A stretch of 62,298 nucleotides of DNA, taken from assembly GCF_001194135.2 (NCBI RefSeq), contig NC_068993.1:13978348-14040645 (forward strand), given 5' to 3'. The notes under the pieces were generated by a model that was not told the origin of the DNA, ran no database searches, and saw only the letters and a list, made by a program, of their open reading frames with translations. Shown here piece by piece: positions 24,339-36,190 of the stretch. Each line of letters starts with the position of its first letter. The first letter of the stretch is position 1. A program made the translations under genes and the position numbers. Origin of the DNA: Octopus bimaculoides. Lineage: Eukaryota.

Positions 24339-25351
24339 GCAAAATTCATATATTTAAACTCAGGATTCCCAGAGCAAAGGAAAATAATGTTCTGCTATTC
24401 GAACTTTAAGAAATCATCTCCTAGAATTGCATCAGAGAAAATGCCATAGTTTTCATTGGACACGACGTAGGTGATAGAATAGACCCCAGAATGCACTGGT
24501 ATGTAATTGAACGGAGAATGGAATGAATAGAATTTAAATTCTATAAGTGACTTAATCCAAAGATCTGCTTTTCAGCAAACATATCAAGGTAATATTCAGA
24601 ATTATTACAAGGTATATCAACTCTTTTGAGAATACATTCAAGATTGAATTCTTGGAATGGATTGAAACGCGTTAAAAGTGAGAAGAGGCGATTTTGGAAT
24701 AAATGATTTGAGCTGACAGGGAAAAATAGGATTACGAAACAAGATTAATGAGAAAATAATGAGAAATTTGTTTACGAGACTCAAACCTGAGATTAGGTTT
24801 TCTTTAAGCTTTAAACGAGTTGCTTGAGGAAACTACCAAGCAGTATGACTGGGAGAAAGAATTCAGAAACCATTGGGGAACACAAATGGAAAATGGATGC
24901 TGATAAAAAGCAAAACAACAAAAATGAAAAAAATATTGAAGGAACGATTAAGTAGTAGGAAAAAGTTTAGATTTATGTTTAAATGTTGCACATCAGCTTT
25001 AGGTTTAAATCATTCAGGGTTTAAGAGGATTATTTTATCAACATATGGGAATCTTTTCGACAAAATATTGCATATGGATAAATTATGGTATCTTAGTGAA
25101 AAGGAATGTCATAATTGGCTCTGGTAAGTTCGTATACGAAAAATAAAATGGAAAACCAATATGATACTATTCAACAGGTTACTGAAAGAACGAATAAGAT
25201 ATAACGTATAAAAAAAAAACGGAAAGAGATGTATCATATGTAAAGATTGACTATGTAATGAAATCTTTAGATCTGGGATATTTCAAGAACTGAGGCATTC
25301 AGAGCTTCTGAAAATATTTCAATAGATACGAAAAGATAAATGCAACAGTAA

Positions 25352-25408
<57 letters not shown>

Positions 25409-26252
25409 NNNNNNNNNNNNNNNNNNNNNNNNNNNNNNNNNNNNNNNNNNNNNNNNNNNNNNNNNNNNNNNNNNNNNNNNNNNNNNNNNNNNNNNNNNNN
25501 NNNNNNNNNNNNNNNNNNNNNNNNNNNNNNNNNNNNNNNNNNNNNNNNNNNNNNNNNNNNNNNNNNNNNNNNNNNNNNNNNNNNNNNNNNNNNNNNNNNN
25601 NNNNNNNNNNNNNNNNNNNNNNNNNNNNNNNNNNNNNNNNNNNNNNNNNNNNNNNNNNNNNNNNNNNNNNNNNNNNNNNNNNNNNNNNNNNNNNNNNNNN
25701 NNNNNNNNNNNNNNNNNNNNNNNNNNNNNNNNNNNNNNNNNNNNNNNNNNNNNNNNNNNNNNNNNNNNNNNNNNNNNNNNNNNNNNNNNNNNNNNNNNNN
25801 NNNNNNNNNNNNNNNNNNNNNNNNNNNNNNNNNNNNNNNNNNNNNNNNNNNNNNNNNNNNNNNNNNNNNNNNNNNNNNNNNNNNNNNNNNNNNNNNNNNN
25901 NNNNNNNNNNNNNNNNNNNNNNNNNNNNNNNNNNNNNNNNNNNNNNNNNNNNNNNNNNNNNNNNNNNNNNNNNNNNNNNNNNNNNNNNNNNNNNNNNNNN
26001 NNNNNNNNNNNNNNNNNNNNNNNNNNNNNNNNNNNNNNNNNNNNNNNNNNNNNNNNNNNNNNNNNNNNNNNNNNNNNNNNNNNNNNNNNNNNNNNNNNNN
26101 NNNNNNNNNNNNNNNNNNNNNNNNNNNNNNNNNNNNNNNNNNNNNNNNNNNNNNNNNNNNNNNNNNNNNNNNNNNNNNNNNNNNNNNNNNNNNNNNNNNN
26201 NNNNNNNNNNNNNNNNNNNNNNNNNNNNNNNNNNNNNNNNNNNNNNNNNNNN

Positions 26253-26289
<37 letters not shown>

Positions 26290-26344
26290 GTGTGTGTGTG
26301 TGCGGGAGCGTATATGTGATAATCATCATCATGAAAAATATCTG

Positions 26345-26817
26345 CTTTATTTTCCTAGGTATGTTGGGGAGCCTCAGCTGTCCACACCCATTAGACTAAG
26401 GCCAGATTTGTTTACTGATCATGGTGTTCTATCCTTACATTCGTTCCAGTGTTTTTGAGTTGTGCTAGTATTTGAGCACCAATCCTTCCAATTGCACCAA
26501 TCACTTGTCCCTTCATTGCCCCGAGACCTGCATATTTCCCCAATCAATACCTCATGGTTGTTCACTTTTCCTTTCTCTTTCTTCAATTCTTTTGTCACTA
26601 GGACATGTTATCTCAATTATCAAGCATATTTTGTTTTATTTTCTGTTCACTAAAAATGTCAGGATTTTGCTGTTTAATCTGACGGTCACATTGAATCATT
26701 CATATCCCACATGATTTTGCTATCCTCATTCTTAGTAACTACTTCTGGGGTTTGGTCATACCGTGTCTTTGATCTTTTTAGGCCATAAATTCCACAGACT
26801 TTTATACCAAGACAATA
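26345..26817 (-). pseudogene. RLE-type non-LTR retrotransposon (R4/Dong-like) C-terminal fragment
   Basis: Across frameshifts: CGIYGL..YDQTPEVVTKNEDSKIMWD, IQCDRQIKQQNPDIF, CLIIEITCPSDKRIEERE, VIGAIG. This is the PD..(D/E) restriction-like endonuclease region. Confidence 0.8.
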
Positions 26818-26978
26818 TTCTTCTTCTTCTTCTTCTTCTTCTTCTTCTTCTTCTTCTTCTTCTTCTTCTTCTTCTTCTTCTTCTTCTTCTTCTTCTTCTT
26901 CTTCTTCTTCTTCTTCTTCTTCTTCCACCTCCTCCTTCTTCTTCTTCTTCTTCTTCTTCTTCTTCTTCTTCCTCATCA

Positions 26979-27045
<67 letters not shown>
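26818..27045. repeat. (TTC)n followed by (TAT)n microsatellites
   Basis: Direct inspection. Confidence 0.97.
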
Positions 27046-27250
27046 GCGGTGAGCTAGCAAAATCGTTAGCACACCGGACGAAATGCATAGCGGTATTTCG
27101 TCCCACTTAACGTTCTGAGTTCAAATTCCACCGTGGTTTGACTTTGTCTTTCAAATTATCGGGGTCGACTAAATAAGTACTAGTTGAGCACTAGGTGGTC
27201 AATACTATCGACGTAGGCCGTCTCGCAAAATTGCTGGCCTTTATTGGAGC
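27046..27250 (+). mobile_element. SINE family B
   Basis: GCGGTGAGCTAGCAAAATCGTTAGCAC...TTCTGAGTTCAAATTCC...GGGGTCGACTAAATAAGTAC, homologous to 56434-56646. Confidence 0.85.
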
Positions 27251-27371
27251 AAGTATTGGAAAAATATCGATCAATAAAACTTACATAAACGGGAAAGTAG
27301 CTAACAAGGCATAACGCGCCATTCTTCTTCTTCTTTTTCTTCTTCTTCTTCTTCTTCTTCTTCTTCTTCTT

Positions 27372-27465
<94 letters not shown>

Positions 27466-27659
27466 TTTCATTTNNNNNNNNNNNNNNNNNNNNNNNNNNN
27501 NNNNNNNNNNNNNNNNNNNNNNNNNNNNNNNNNNNNNNNNNNNNNNNNNNNNNNNNNNNNNNNNNNNNNNNNNNNNNNNNNNNNNNNNNNNNNNNNNNNN
27601 NNNNNNNNNNNNNNNNNNNNNNNNNNNNNNNNNNNNNNNNNNNNNNNNNNNNNNNNNNA

Positions 27660-28785
27660 TGGCGATGATCTAATGACTACGAGGGGGACTGAATGCGTTG
27701 ATGATGATGATTTGATGATTGATGATTGATGAGTAAAGATGATGATTGATGGTTGGTGACTAAAGACGGTGATTGGTTGATAACTAAATATTTATGATTG
27801 ATGAATGATGAGTAAAGATGATGATTGGTGGTTGATAACTAAAGATAATGACTAAAGATGATGATTGATGACTAAAGATGATGATTAATGATTGATAACT
27901 AAAGATTGATGATTGATGAATAAAAGATTGATGATTAATGATTTGATGAGTGCAGATGATTGGTGGTTGATGACTAGATATGGTGACTAAAGATTGATGA
28001 TTGATGAGATAATGATTAGTGGTCGATGACTAGAGATCATCATTGATGAGTGATGACTAAAGATTGATGAATAAAGATTGCATGATTGATGACTAAAGAA
28101 TGATGATTGATGATTATAGATCGATGTTAGATGATTTGATTAGTGCATGCAGATGATCAATTGTGACTGATCACCAGATATGATGACTGAATACGATTAT
28201 TGAAGATTGATGATTGATAACTAAAGATGACTGATGACTAATGATTGGTGACTGATGACTAATGATTGGTGACTGATGACTGGTGACTAATGACTGATGA
28301 CTGATGGTTGATGACTGATGACTGATGACTGATGACTAATGATTGTTGACTAATGATTGCTGACTAATGATTGATGACTGATCACTGGTGATTGATGATT
28401 GATGACTGATGACTAATGATTGTTGACTAATGATTGCTGACTAATGATTGGTGACTGCTGACTGATGGCTGATGCGTGGTGACTTGATGATATGGATGCA
28501 GTTGATGATATGGATGCAATGATTCAATGACTTATGATTGCTGATTGATGACTAATGCTCGATGATTAAAGATTGGTGTTGGATGACTAATGATTGATGA
28601 ATGGGTGTTTAAAGATTAATGATTGATGACTAATGGTTGATGACTGAGGACTAATGATTCATGATTACAGATTTATGAATGATGACTAATGACTGATGTT
28701 TAATGGTTGATGGTTGTTGACTAAAAGTGATGAGTGATCCCTAAAGGCGATGACTGAAGGCGATTACTAAAGATGATAGATGGCT
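27660..28785. repeat. Mosaic low-complexity satellite built from GAT/TGAT/GACT/AAA
   Basis: Recurrent ACTAAAGATGATGATTGATG-like units, a (GACTGAT)-type subregion, and a 50-bp segment repeated at about 28324 and 28401. Confidence 0.9.
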
Positions 28786-29010
28786 AGAGATTTCTACTAC
28801 ACAAGATTGAAAACAAAAAACAATGTTTTGAAATCGAAAACAGTTTAAATACCATTTTAGTATTTGCCAACTCAAAGACAGAATTCCAAACTATGCGACA
28901 TTTAAACATTGATTTTAAAACTGAAGAGGACGACGACAAGAACAGCGCCAGCATCAGTAACATCAAAAAGGCTTTCTTGCAAGAGAATTTAAGTTTGAGG
29001 GGAAAATAAC

Positions 29011-29074
<64 letters not shown>

Positions 29075-29114
29075 GTTATTATTATTATTATTATTATCAT
29101 CATCATCATCGTTA

Positions 29115-29225
<111 letters not shown>

Positions 29226-29752
29226 CATTATTATTCGCTGCGGGATACGTAAAAGTTTCTTTCGAATATGCTTTTTAAGTCATGCTTTAAACTGTGATTT
29301 TCACTTGGTACAAATTTATACGATTATTTTTTTCTTATAAACTGACAATAAGAACACAAAGAACCTGTTGATAGGTTTTCGCTGGCTATTTATGCCCCGT
29401 AACGGGTAGTATTTATTCATTCATTTAATTATCCATTGCATTAAAAAAAAACAATAACATAAAGACACAAGATGGCGTTATCGTCATCACTATTTTCATC
29501 GACTTCATCAACAATGGCTGAACACTAACCCTCCCCCTTCGTATCACTCACTTCCAGCGACACCATCAGCAACAACAGTAGCAGCCCAAGCAATGTGAAA
29601 TCTCGCGAAACTTATAAAATTATTTACATCAAAAACAACAGCAGTGACAAGAGTGTGGATGGTAGAGGTGGCGGAAGCATTAGCGATGGTGGTGGTGGAG
29701 ACAGCAAAAACTGCAACACTACGAAAGTCAGTAGCAGAAACAAAAGCGATAA

Positions 29753-30230
29753 AAAAATGCCGGCAGTAAAAATAAAGCCAACACCAATGAGAACAACAAT
29801 ACAAGTATTACCAACAACAACAAGAAAAACAACAAGAACACGTTTGCTGAAGCGGCAAACAAAACGAGACCACGTTATAGCATAGACCTCACAAACAAGG
29901 AGCAGAAATTAGCGCAAGCATGGATGCTCATCAAACATGAGCAAACCTGGGCCAACTTGGCCATCCCGAAAGAGGCAATTGAAGCAGTGGAGAAAAAAGA
30001 AACAGTTCGTTTCAGATGCATCTCAGCAGAGACAGAAACCAGCAATAATAGCACAGGCCCTCGTAACACAAAACATCGAAATTGAAAGTGGAAGTGATTT
30101 TCGAACCGAGCAAATTTCACGTACAAAATTTCACGTGCCGGTAGGAATGTCGCTCGATTCATTCGTAAAAATTCGATAAAGCTCGAAATGTGGGTCAGAT
30201 TTTCCACTCTTTCCACAAAGCCTGCATTTC
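29753..30230 (+). pseudogene. Possible LINE ORF1-like relic
   Basis: Open frame 29753-30085 (TFAEAANKTRPRYSIDLTNKEQKLAQAWMLIK...), with a shifted frame giving PAIIAQALVTQNIEIESGSDFRTEQISRTKFHVPVGMS; coding-like composition between microsatellites. Family assignment is a guess. Confidence 0.3.
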
Positions 30231-30281
30231 TGAGTGTCAGAAGTTTTATAGATGTTATACTTCACTGACTAGGTAGCGAGA

Positions 30282-30357
30282 TTCTTCTTCTTCTTCTTCT
30301 TCTTCTTCTTCTTCTTCTTCTTCTTCTTCTTCTTCTTCTTCTTCTTCTTTTTCTTCT

Positions 30358-30389
<32 letters not shown>

Positions 30390-30903
30390 TTCTTCTTCTT
30401 CTTCTTCTTCCTCTTCTCCTCCTCCTCCTTCTTCTTCTTGTTCTTGTTCTTGTTCTTGTTCTTGTTCTTGTTCTTGTTCTTGTTCTTCTNNNNNNNNNNN
30501 NNNNNNNNNNNNNNNNNNNNNNNNNNNNNNNNNNNNNNNNNNNNNNNNNNNNNNNNNNNNNNNNNNNNNNNNNNNNNNNNNNNNNNNNNNNNNNNNNNNN
30601 NNNNNNNNNNNNNNNNNNNNNNNNNNNNNNNNNNNNNNNNNNNNNNNNNNNNNNNNNNNNNNNNNNNNNNNNNNNNNNNNNNNNNNNNNNNNNNNNNNNN
30701 NNTCTTCTTCTTCTTCTTCTTCTTCTTCTTCCTCTTCTCCTCCTCCTCCTTCTTGTTCTTGTTCTTGTTCTTGTTCTTGTTCTTGTTCTTGTTCTTGTTC
30801 TTGTTCTTCTTCTGCTCCTCCTCCTCCTCCTCATCTCCTCTTCCTCCTCCTCCTCCTCCTCCTCCTCCTCCTTCTTCTTCTTCTTCTTCTTCTTCTTCTT
30901 CTT
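30282..30903. repeat. (TTC)/(TTCTTG)/(CTC) mosaic microsatellite spanning a gap
   Basis: Direct inspection; the sequence either side of the gap is nearly the same. Confidence 0.95.
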
Positions 30904-31041
30904 GCCTTTGCACAGCTTCTAACGCTGGAGATGTACTACAGTGTCAGCTGTTCACTACCAGTGAACTATGGTAATTATTTTTCGAGCACATTCCCAAGTA
31001 GTGCTGTTTTCTGCAATTATTATTATTATTATTATTAATAT

Positions 31042-31076
<35 letters not shown>

Positions 31077-32022
31077 CTAGTAGTAGCAGTAGTAGTAGTA
31101 GCGCTAGTAATTGCTGTAGTAGTAGCAGTGATAGAAGTTGTCTTGAAACAGAATAAATATAATTAGAAATGGATTCCTGATATATATTTTTTTGCTAAAT
31201 GACTTAAGGTGAAAACAAACATTTAATATTTTTTGATAATTATATATTTTACGGCATAAGTTACAAGACGAGACAATGAAGTCTAGTATAACTTGTATAT
31301 ACTATGTGTATGTGTACATATAAACACATATGTGCATACATACGTACAAATATATGTGTGGGTGTGTGTGTGTGTGCGTGCGCGGGCGTTTATGTATGTA
31401 TATGCGTATACGTATATTTGTGTGATTGTGTGTGTTTGTGTGTGAATAAGAGATTGAGAGATGTCTCTTCTGCTTTTCTGAGTTTCGGAAATTTTGTAAT
31501 TAACACGATAAAGTTGAAAAGTATCTTCATTTGTAAGCGAACAATATTTTTTTTCAATTTTGTTTGTGTGTGTAAATTAATTATGATTAGTCGATGATTC
31601 TTACATATTTGGGGTTCGTTCGAATAAGTAGGAAAGTAATTTAACCTTTGAGGAAGAACCGAATGTAACGCCTCGATTATTGAAATACTGTAAGCTCGTA
31701 TATTTCACTGCATTTGAATATAGCATTCACCGGACCATTAGACTTTGAGATGTTTGTACGGCAGAAGAATTAAATGCTATCTGACATTTTTTTTTCTTTT
31801 CCAATTCATAAAATTTTAAGGAACATTAATACTGATAACCAAGAATTTCCTTACAAGGCGACGAAATTTGGAGAGTTGTCTCATTTTAATATAGGCGCGG
31901 AACCTATTCTCTACATGTCCTGACATATTGACAAAAATTTCATTTTAATGTTGGATGTTTAGTATTCCCTGTGAATAAATTCAGGAATTGGAAGGAGAGT
32001 AAAACAGTATGGTAAAGTCATA

Positions 32023-32172
32023 CTGACTCGTAAAGGCCGGTTTTCCGGTTTCATGGAGCAAGGTGAAATTACGTGTTTTGCTCAAGAACAGAACGCGTCG
32101 CCTGTTGCAAGAACCGAAATCACAATCTTACGATCATGTGTCCAACACTCTAACCACTAAACTATGGGACTC
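32023..32172 (-). mobile_element. SINE family C-related fragment
   Basis: TTGCTCAAGAACAGAAC and AACCGAAATCACAATCTTACGATC..CTCTAACCACTA are reverse complements of the head and central domain at 21714-21830. Confidence 0.7.
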
Positions 32173-32387
32173 CAATTTAGAGCACGCTGTACTGAGTACG
32201 CTAAAATTACTAATATTAATAAATAAAGAAACATAGTCTCTTCTGCCCACAAATACTGAGCTTGGTTTCCTTCAATTCATGGATAAACACACACATACAC
32301 ACACACCCTTACATGCATATATATGTATGTATACATGTATATATTTATGCGTGTGTGTATAAAATATGTGCCTACAAACACACACAC

Positions 32388-32440
<53 letters not shown>

Positions 32441-32445
32441 CATTT

Positions 32446-32610
32446 AGACGACGGGCTTCTTTCAGTTTCCGTCTTCCAAATCCACTCACAAAGCTTTGGT
32501 CGGCCCGAGGCTATAGTAGAAGAAACTTGCCCAAGGTGCCACGCAGTGGGATTGAACCCGGAATTATGTGGTTGGTAAGCAAGCTACTTAACACACAGCT
32601 ATCCTACGCC
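32446..32610 (-). mobile_element. SINE family A, 5' half
   Basis: GACGACGGGCTTCTTTCAGTTTCCGTC...CCCAAGGTGCCACGCAGTGGGATTGAACCCGG...GTAAGCAAGCTACT, the reverse complement of 10829-10990; abuts (TA)n. Confidence 0.9.
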
Positions 32611-34999
32611 TATGACAAAAATATTCATATAAACAAAATATATGAGGTAGGCCATTCCAGTATTTGACTCAACTCATAACTTTATAGAATGAAGAGAAAA
32701 GTAACCAAGTGGGAGAAACGGTAGAACTTTTGATAAATAAATGTTCTCTGACATTTATTTCTTTTAACTTATGTTTAAGGTACCAATCTCCTTTCCTCTT
32801 GTGTGTACGAAATTATGAATTATCAGTGAAATACTGGAATATATTTAATCAATACTCACATCAAAACACCGGCTGCATATATACGATATGTATATACATA
32901 TACACGATATGTACTGATCTCCAAAGCTTTGAAGCTATTACAACAACAGTGTGGCGAGATATTTTTTATTCCATTTATGTCATAGATATTGAGTATTCAG
33001 AACTGTTATTTTATGTCTGGTTATACATCCAAGAAATATTAATAATAAACACATATCGACATTATTTTTTGGAAATCCGTTTTTGAACCTTAATCATGTA
33101 AAAACAAACATGAGGTAATTCCATGGATCTCACTGCAAGGACGTCTAAACTATAGCGGATATTATACGTTGGTTGCTATATTTTATAATATTCTTCAAGA
33201 TATAAGAAAATTTAAACAAGTATTTTCTACTGCAGTGTATATGTATCACAATTTTTTCTCATACAATATATTACATTAAAATTCAATTTTTCTTTTCTTC
33301 TCTGTCTTCTCCAATATTTTCATTGTGTACTGATTTTAATGTTTGATATATTGTAGATCTAAAGCTTCATGTACATAATTATGGTATTTCATTCATCTGA
33401 TTCTATTTTATATTTGATTGTTTCTGCATAATATTTGACCGTATATTTCATTTATTGTTTTTATTTAATAAAATCAATTTTGCCAGTTACCGTTCCCGAG
33501 AATCCCTAATTTGTGTAAAAGCTAAAATTACCTCTGAGTGATTGAAAACCTATTACAGTTTATCAACATTTAAACAGGGATTTCTGTTTTTTTTTAATAT
33601 TTATTTACTCTTACTCTTTTTCAACATACATTATTTTGTTCGAAAATGGTTTTTTCCGGATCTTTTTCCCTGTACTGCGGCCTGGTGTTTTCCCTAAGCA
33701 TGTTGTTTAAAGCTTAACAAAAATTCTAATCTTAGCTCTGAGACTGGTAAACAAATTTTTTTATTACATTCTATTTAATTCTGCCTCCTAATCCTATTTT
33801 TCTCTGTCAGTTCCAAATCATTTTTTCTAATCTTGCCTCTAACTTTTTACATATTTGAAGGCATTTTAAGATTTCGGTTCTAACAATGTATTGTCAGAAA
33901 TATATATCTCTAATATTTCTCTCCAGCATAAATACAGAGATATGTTTAATATTACTAGAGTGTTGACACTGCTTTGCATTTAAGCTCATTGCTTTCTGTT
34001 GGTGAGAGCGCTATTTAAAAATGTATGCCTTACAATACCTTTTACACTTCATAAACACTTGGGCTTCTACTTTGCACATAACGACACGTTATATTTAGAG
34101 GTAGAGTAGAGTATAGGGTATATGCATACATTTTAGGTCATGCAGTAAGTAATATCTACTCCAAATCCATGAGTTACCGTAGTCGAATTTCATTTTCATG
34201 TTCTCAATCTAACATCAACAACCCCACATAATTCATAGCCAATATTTCAAGCAACCAAATCACGCTTTTCTCCACAGAGTTTCGCTTTCACAGAAAATTT
34301 GTCATATCATAAACAAAAGCAAAAAGTAAGCATACAACATTTTGTTCATTTATTTATTTTTTGTCTTTGTTTAACCCCAAATATTTGAACCCCAAATTTT
34401 TTACAAACGGAAAGTTTCAGAGCAAGAAACAGAGCATGTTCTTTATAGAGCTTCACCTTTACAAAAATCCGTGAACTCACGAGAAACGGATTACAATATT
34501 TAGTTCTGTTATTTACCCGCTTTCTTTAAATACTACTGAAATTGCTTCAATTTCTTAAATAATTCGAACAAGTACTTGCGTAATATTTGATTCAATCGAA
34601 CCAGTTTGAGGTTATCTTCCACAAATGAAATTTATTCAATATGAAATGATTCAGAACTACATAAATGTATATCAAAGACTCATGATTTGTAAACGTTTTT
34701 ATAACTCAATATCATGTTCTACTGCGTTAGTAATGCGCTTTATATTATCTCATTGTTTCTTTACAACTAACGACTTGTATGCGAAATAAGGTAACAAAAA
34801 TCAGTGTTGGTTATAATTTCTATAGAGTATCTGTAGAAATAAGATTAACAAATATATAAAAAAAGGCTTAAAAAACTTTGTAGTATATTATGGTTGTAAA
34901 ACGAATTACCACACGCCTACAAAACATTAGTATTTACGTACCAGCCTCTAAGAATGAGTTTAATATGTAAATTGGTATATCCAATAGCTTTAAACTGCT

Positions 35000-35035
<36 letters not shown>

Positions 35036-35339
35036 GATATTTAAAGAATGTGTTCGAGAATGATTAATGGGTTAGTGGGGTACTGAGGAATGGGCAACGG
35101 CTCCAAACCGAAATATGATATATACGGCCATTACTCATTTTTCATGTTCGATCTCATTGTTTTGTTTTCATCAGACGTCTCGTATACGAAACGGTGTAGC
35201 ACAAATCAGAGCTGACTAAATTTCGATAGAATATCTGTAGAAATAACCGTAACTGATAAAACGACGACTTAATCTAACTTTGCTGAATGTCTTCATAGAA
35301 AACAAAGATGCATATAATAGAAAACTGATGAGCTTTACA

Positions 35340-35500
35340 TTTCTTTATTCATTTACTTGTTTTAGCCATTTCATTGCAGCCATGTTAGGTTACTTTAGTA
35401 AAGAGAGTTATTTATACATACCGAACCTAATATCTATCTCATTATGAAACTTGTTTTATCGACCACTCGTTTTCGAAACGCTACGTTGCTCTTTAAATAT
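35340..35500 (-). mobile_element. SINE family A, diverged 3' half
   Basis: TTTACTTGTTTTAGCCATTTCATTGCAGCCATG...TTTTATCGACCACTCGTTTTCGAAACGCTACGTTG. Confidence 0.5.
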
Positions 35501-35629
35501 AACAACTTATACAAATCGAATAATATAATTTGGATAGTGAACTTTATTCATGTAGCTTCTAAGACATAAACATTTGTATCAAATTTTGGTCAAAGTCAGT
35601 CATTTCAAGTAAGTATTTCGATTTTATAG

Positions 35630-36190
35630 AACCCAGTTCTCATTTGGTACTTATTTTATCATCCCTGACAAAATGATAGGCGGAATTTGATGCTAGAACG
35701 TAAATTTAGAAGGATCGTCGCTAATCATTTTATCCGCTTTGTTAACGATTCCTCCAGCTACACATTATGTAAGTCATTGATATTGCTTTCAAATTTTGGC
35801 ACAAGGCCAGCCAGTTCTGGGGATTAGATAAGTCGGCTATATCGACCCCAGTGCTAAACTGGTACTTATATTAATGACTTCGAAAGTATGAAAGGCGAAG
35901 TCGAACTCATCAGAATTTCAACTCAGAACGTATAACCGGATGAAATGCGTCTAAGCATCTTGACCGGTATACTAACAATTCTGCCATCTTAACGCCTTAG
36001 CTAATGCAAAAGATATTAAGCATTAAGAATAGATATTGGTTTCAAATACTGGCACAAACCCAGCAATTTGGAGGAAAGTTTCAGTGCTTTCAGTTGTCCT
36101 CTGCAGAATTGGAAGCCAGGACGTGAAGACGGACGAGTTGCCACTGAGCACCTTGCTCAGCATGCCAACGATTCTGTCAGCTCGCCGCCC
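35630..36190 (-). mobile_element. Three consecutive SINE family B copies
   Basis: Reverse B motifs (TGGTACTTATTTTATC, GGAATTTGA/AGAATTTCAACTCAGAACG, AACGATTC..CAGCT) at about 35630-35760, 35780-36000 and 36040-36190; the last has an internal deletion. Confidence 0.7.

Noticed and set aside
24400-25300. Purine-rich stretch that might continue the adjacent PLE
   Set aside because: Strand bias suggests the opposite orientation, all frames are broken and no motif is recognisable.
30282-30903. Apparent direct duplication across the gap
   Set aside because: The same TTC/CTC/TTCTTG succession on both sides of the N-run is most simply overlapping contig ends or two haplotypes.
36040-36190. SINE B copy that seemed to contain foreign internal sequence
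   Set aside because: On alignment the segment is a diverged B head plus an internal deletion, not a capture.
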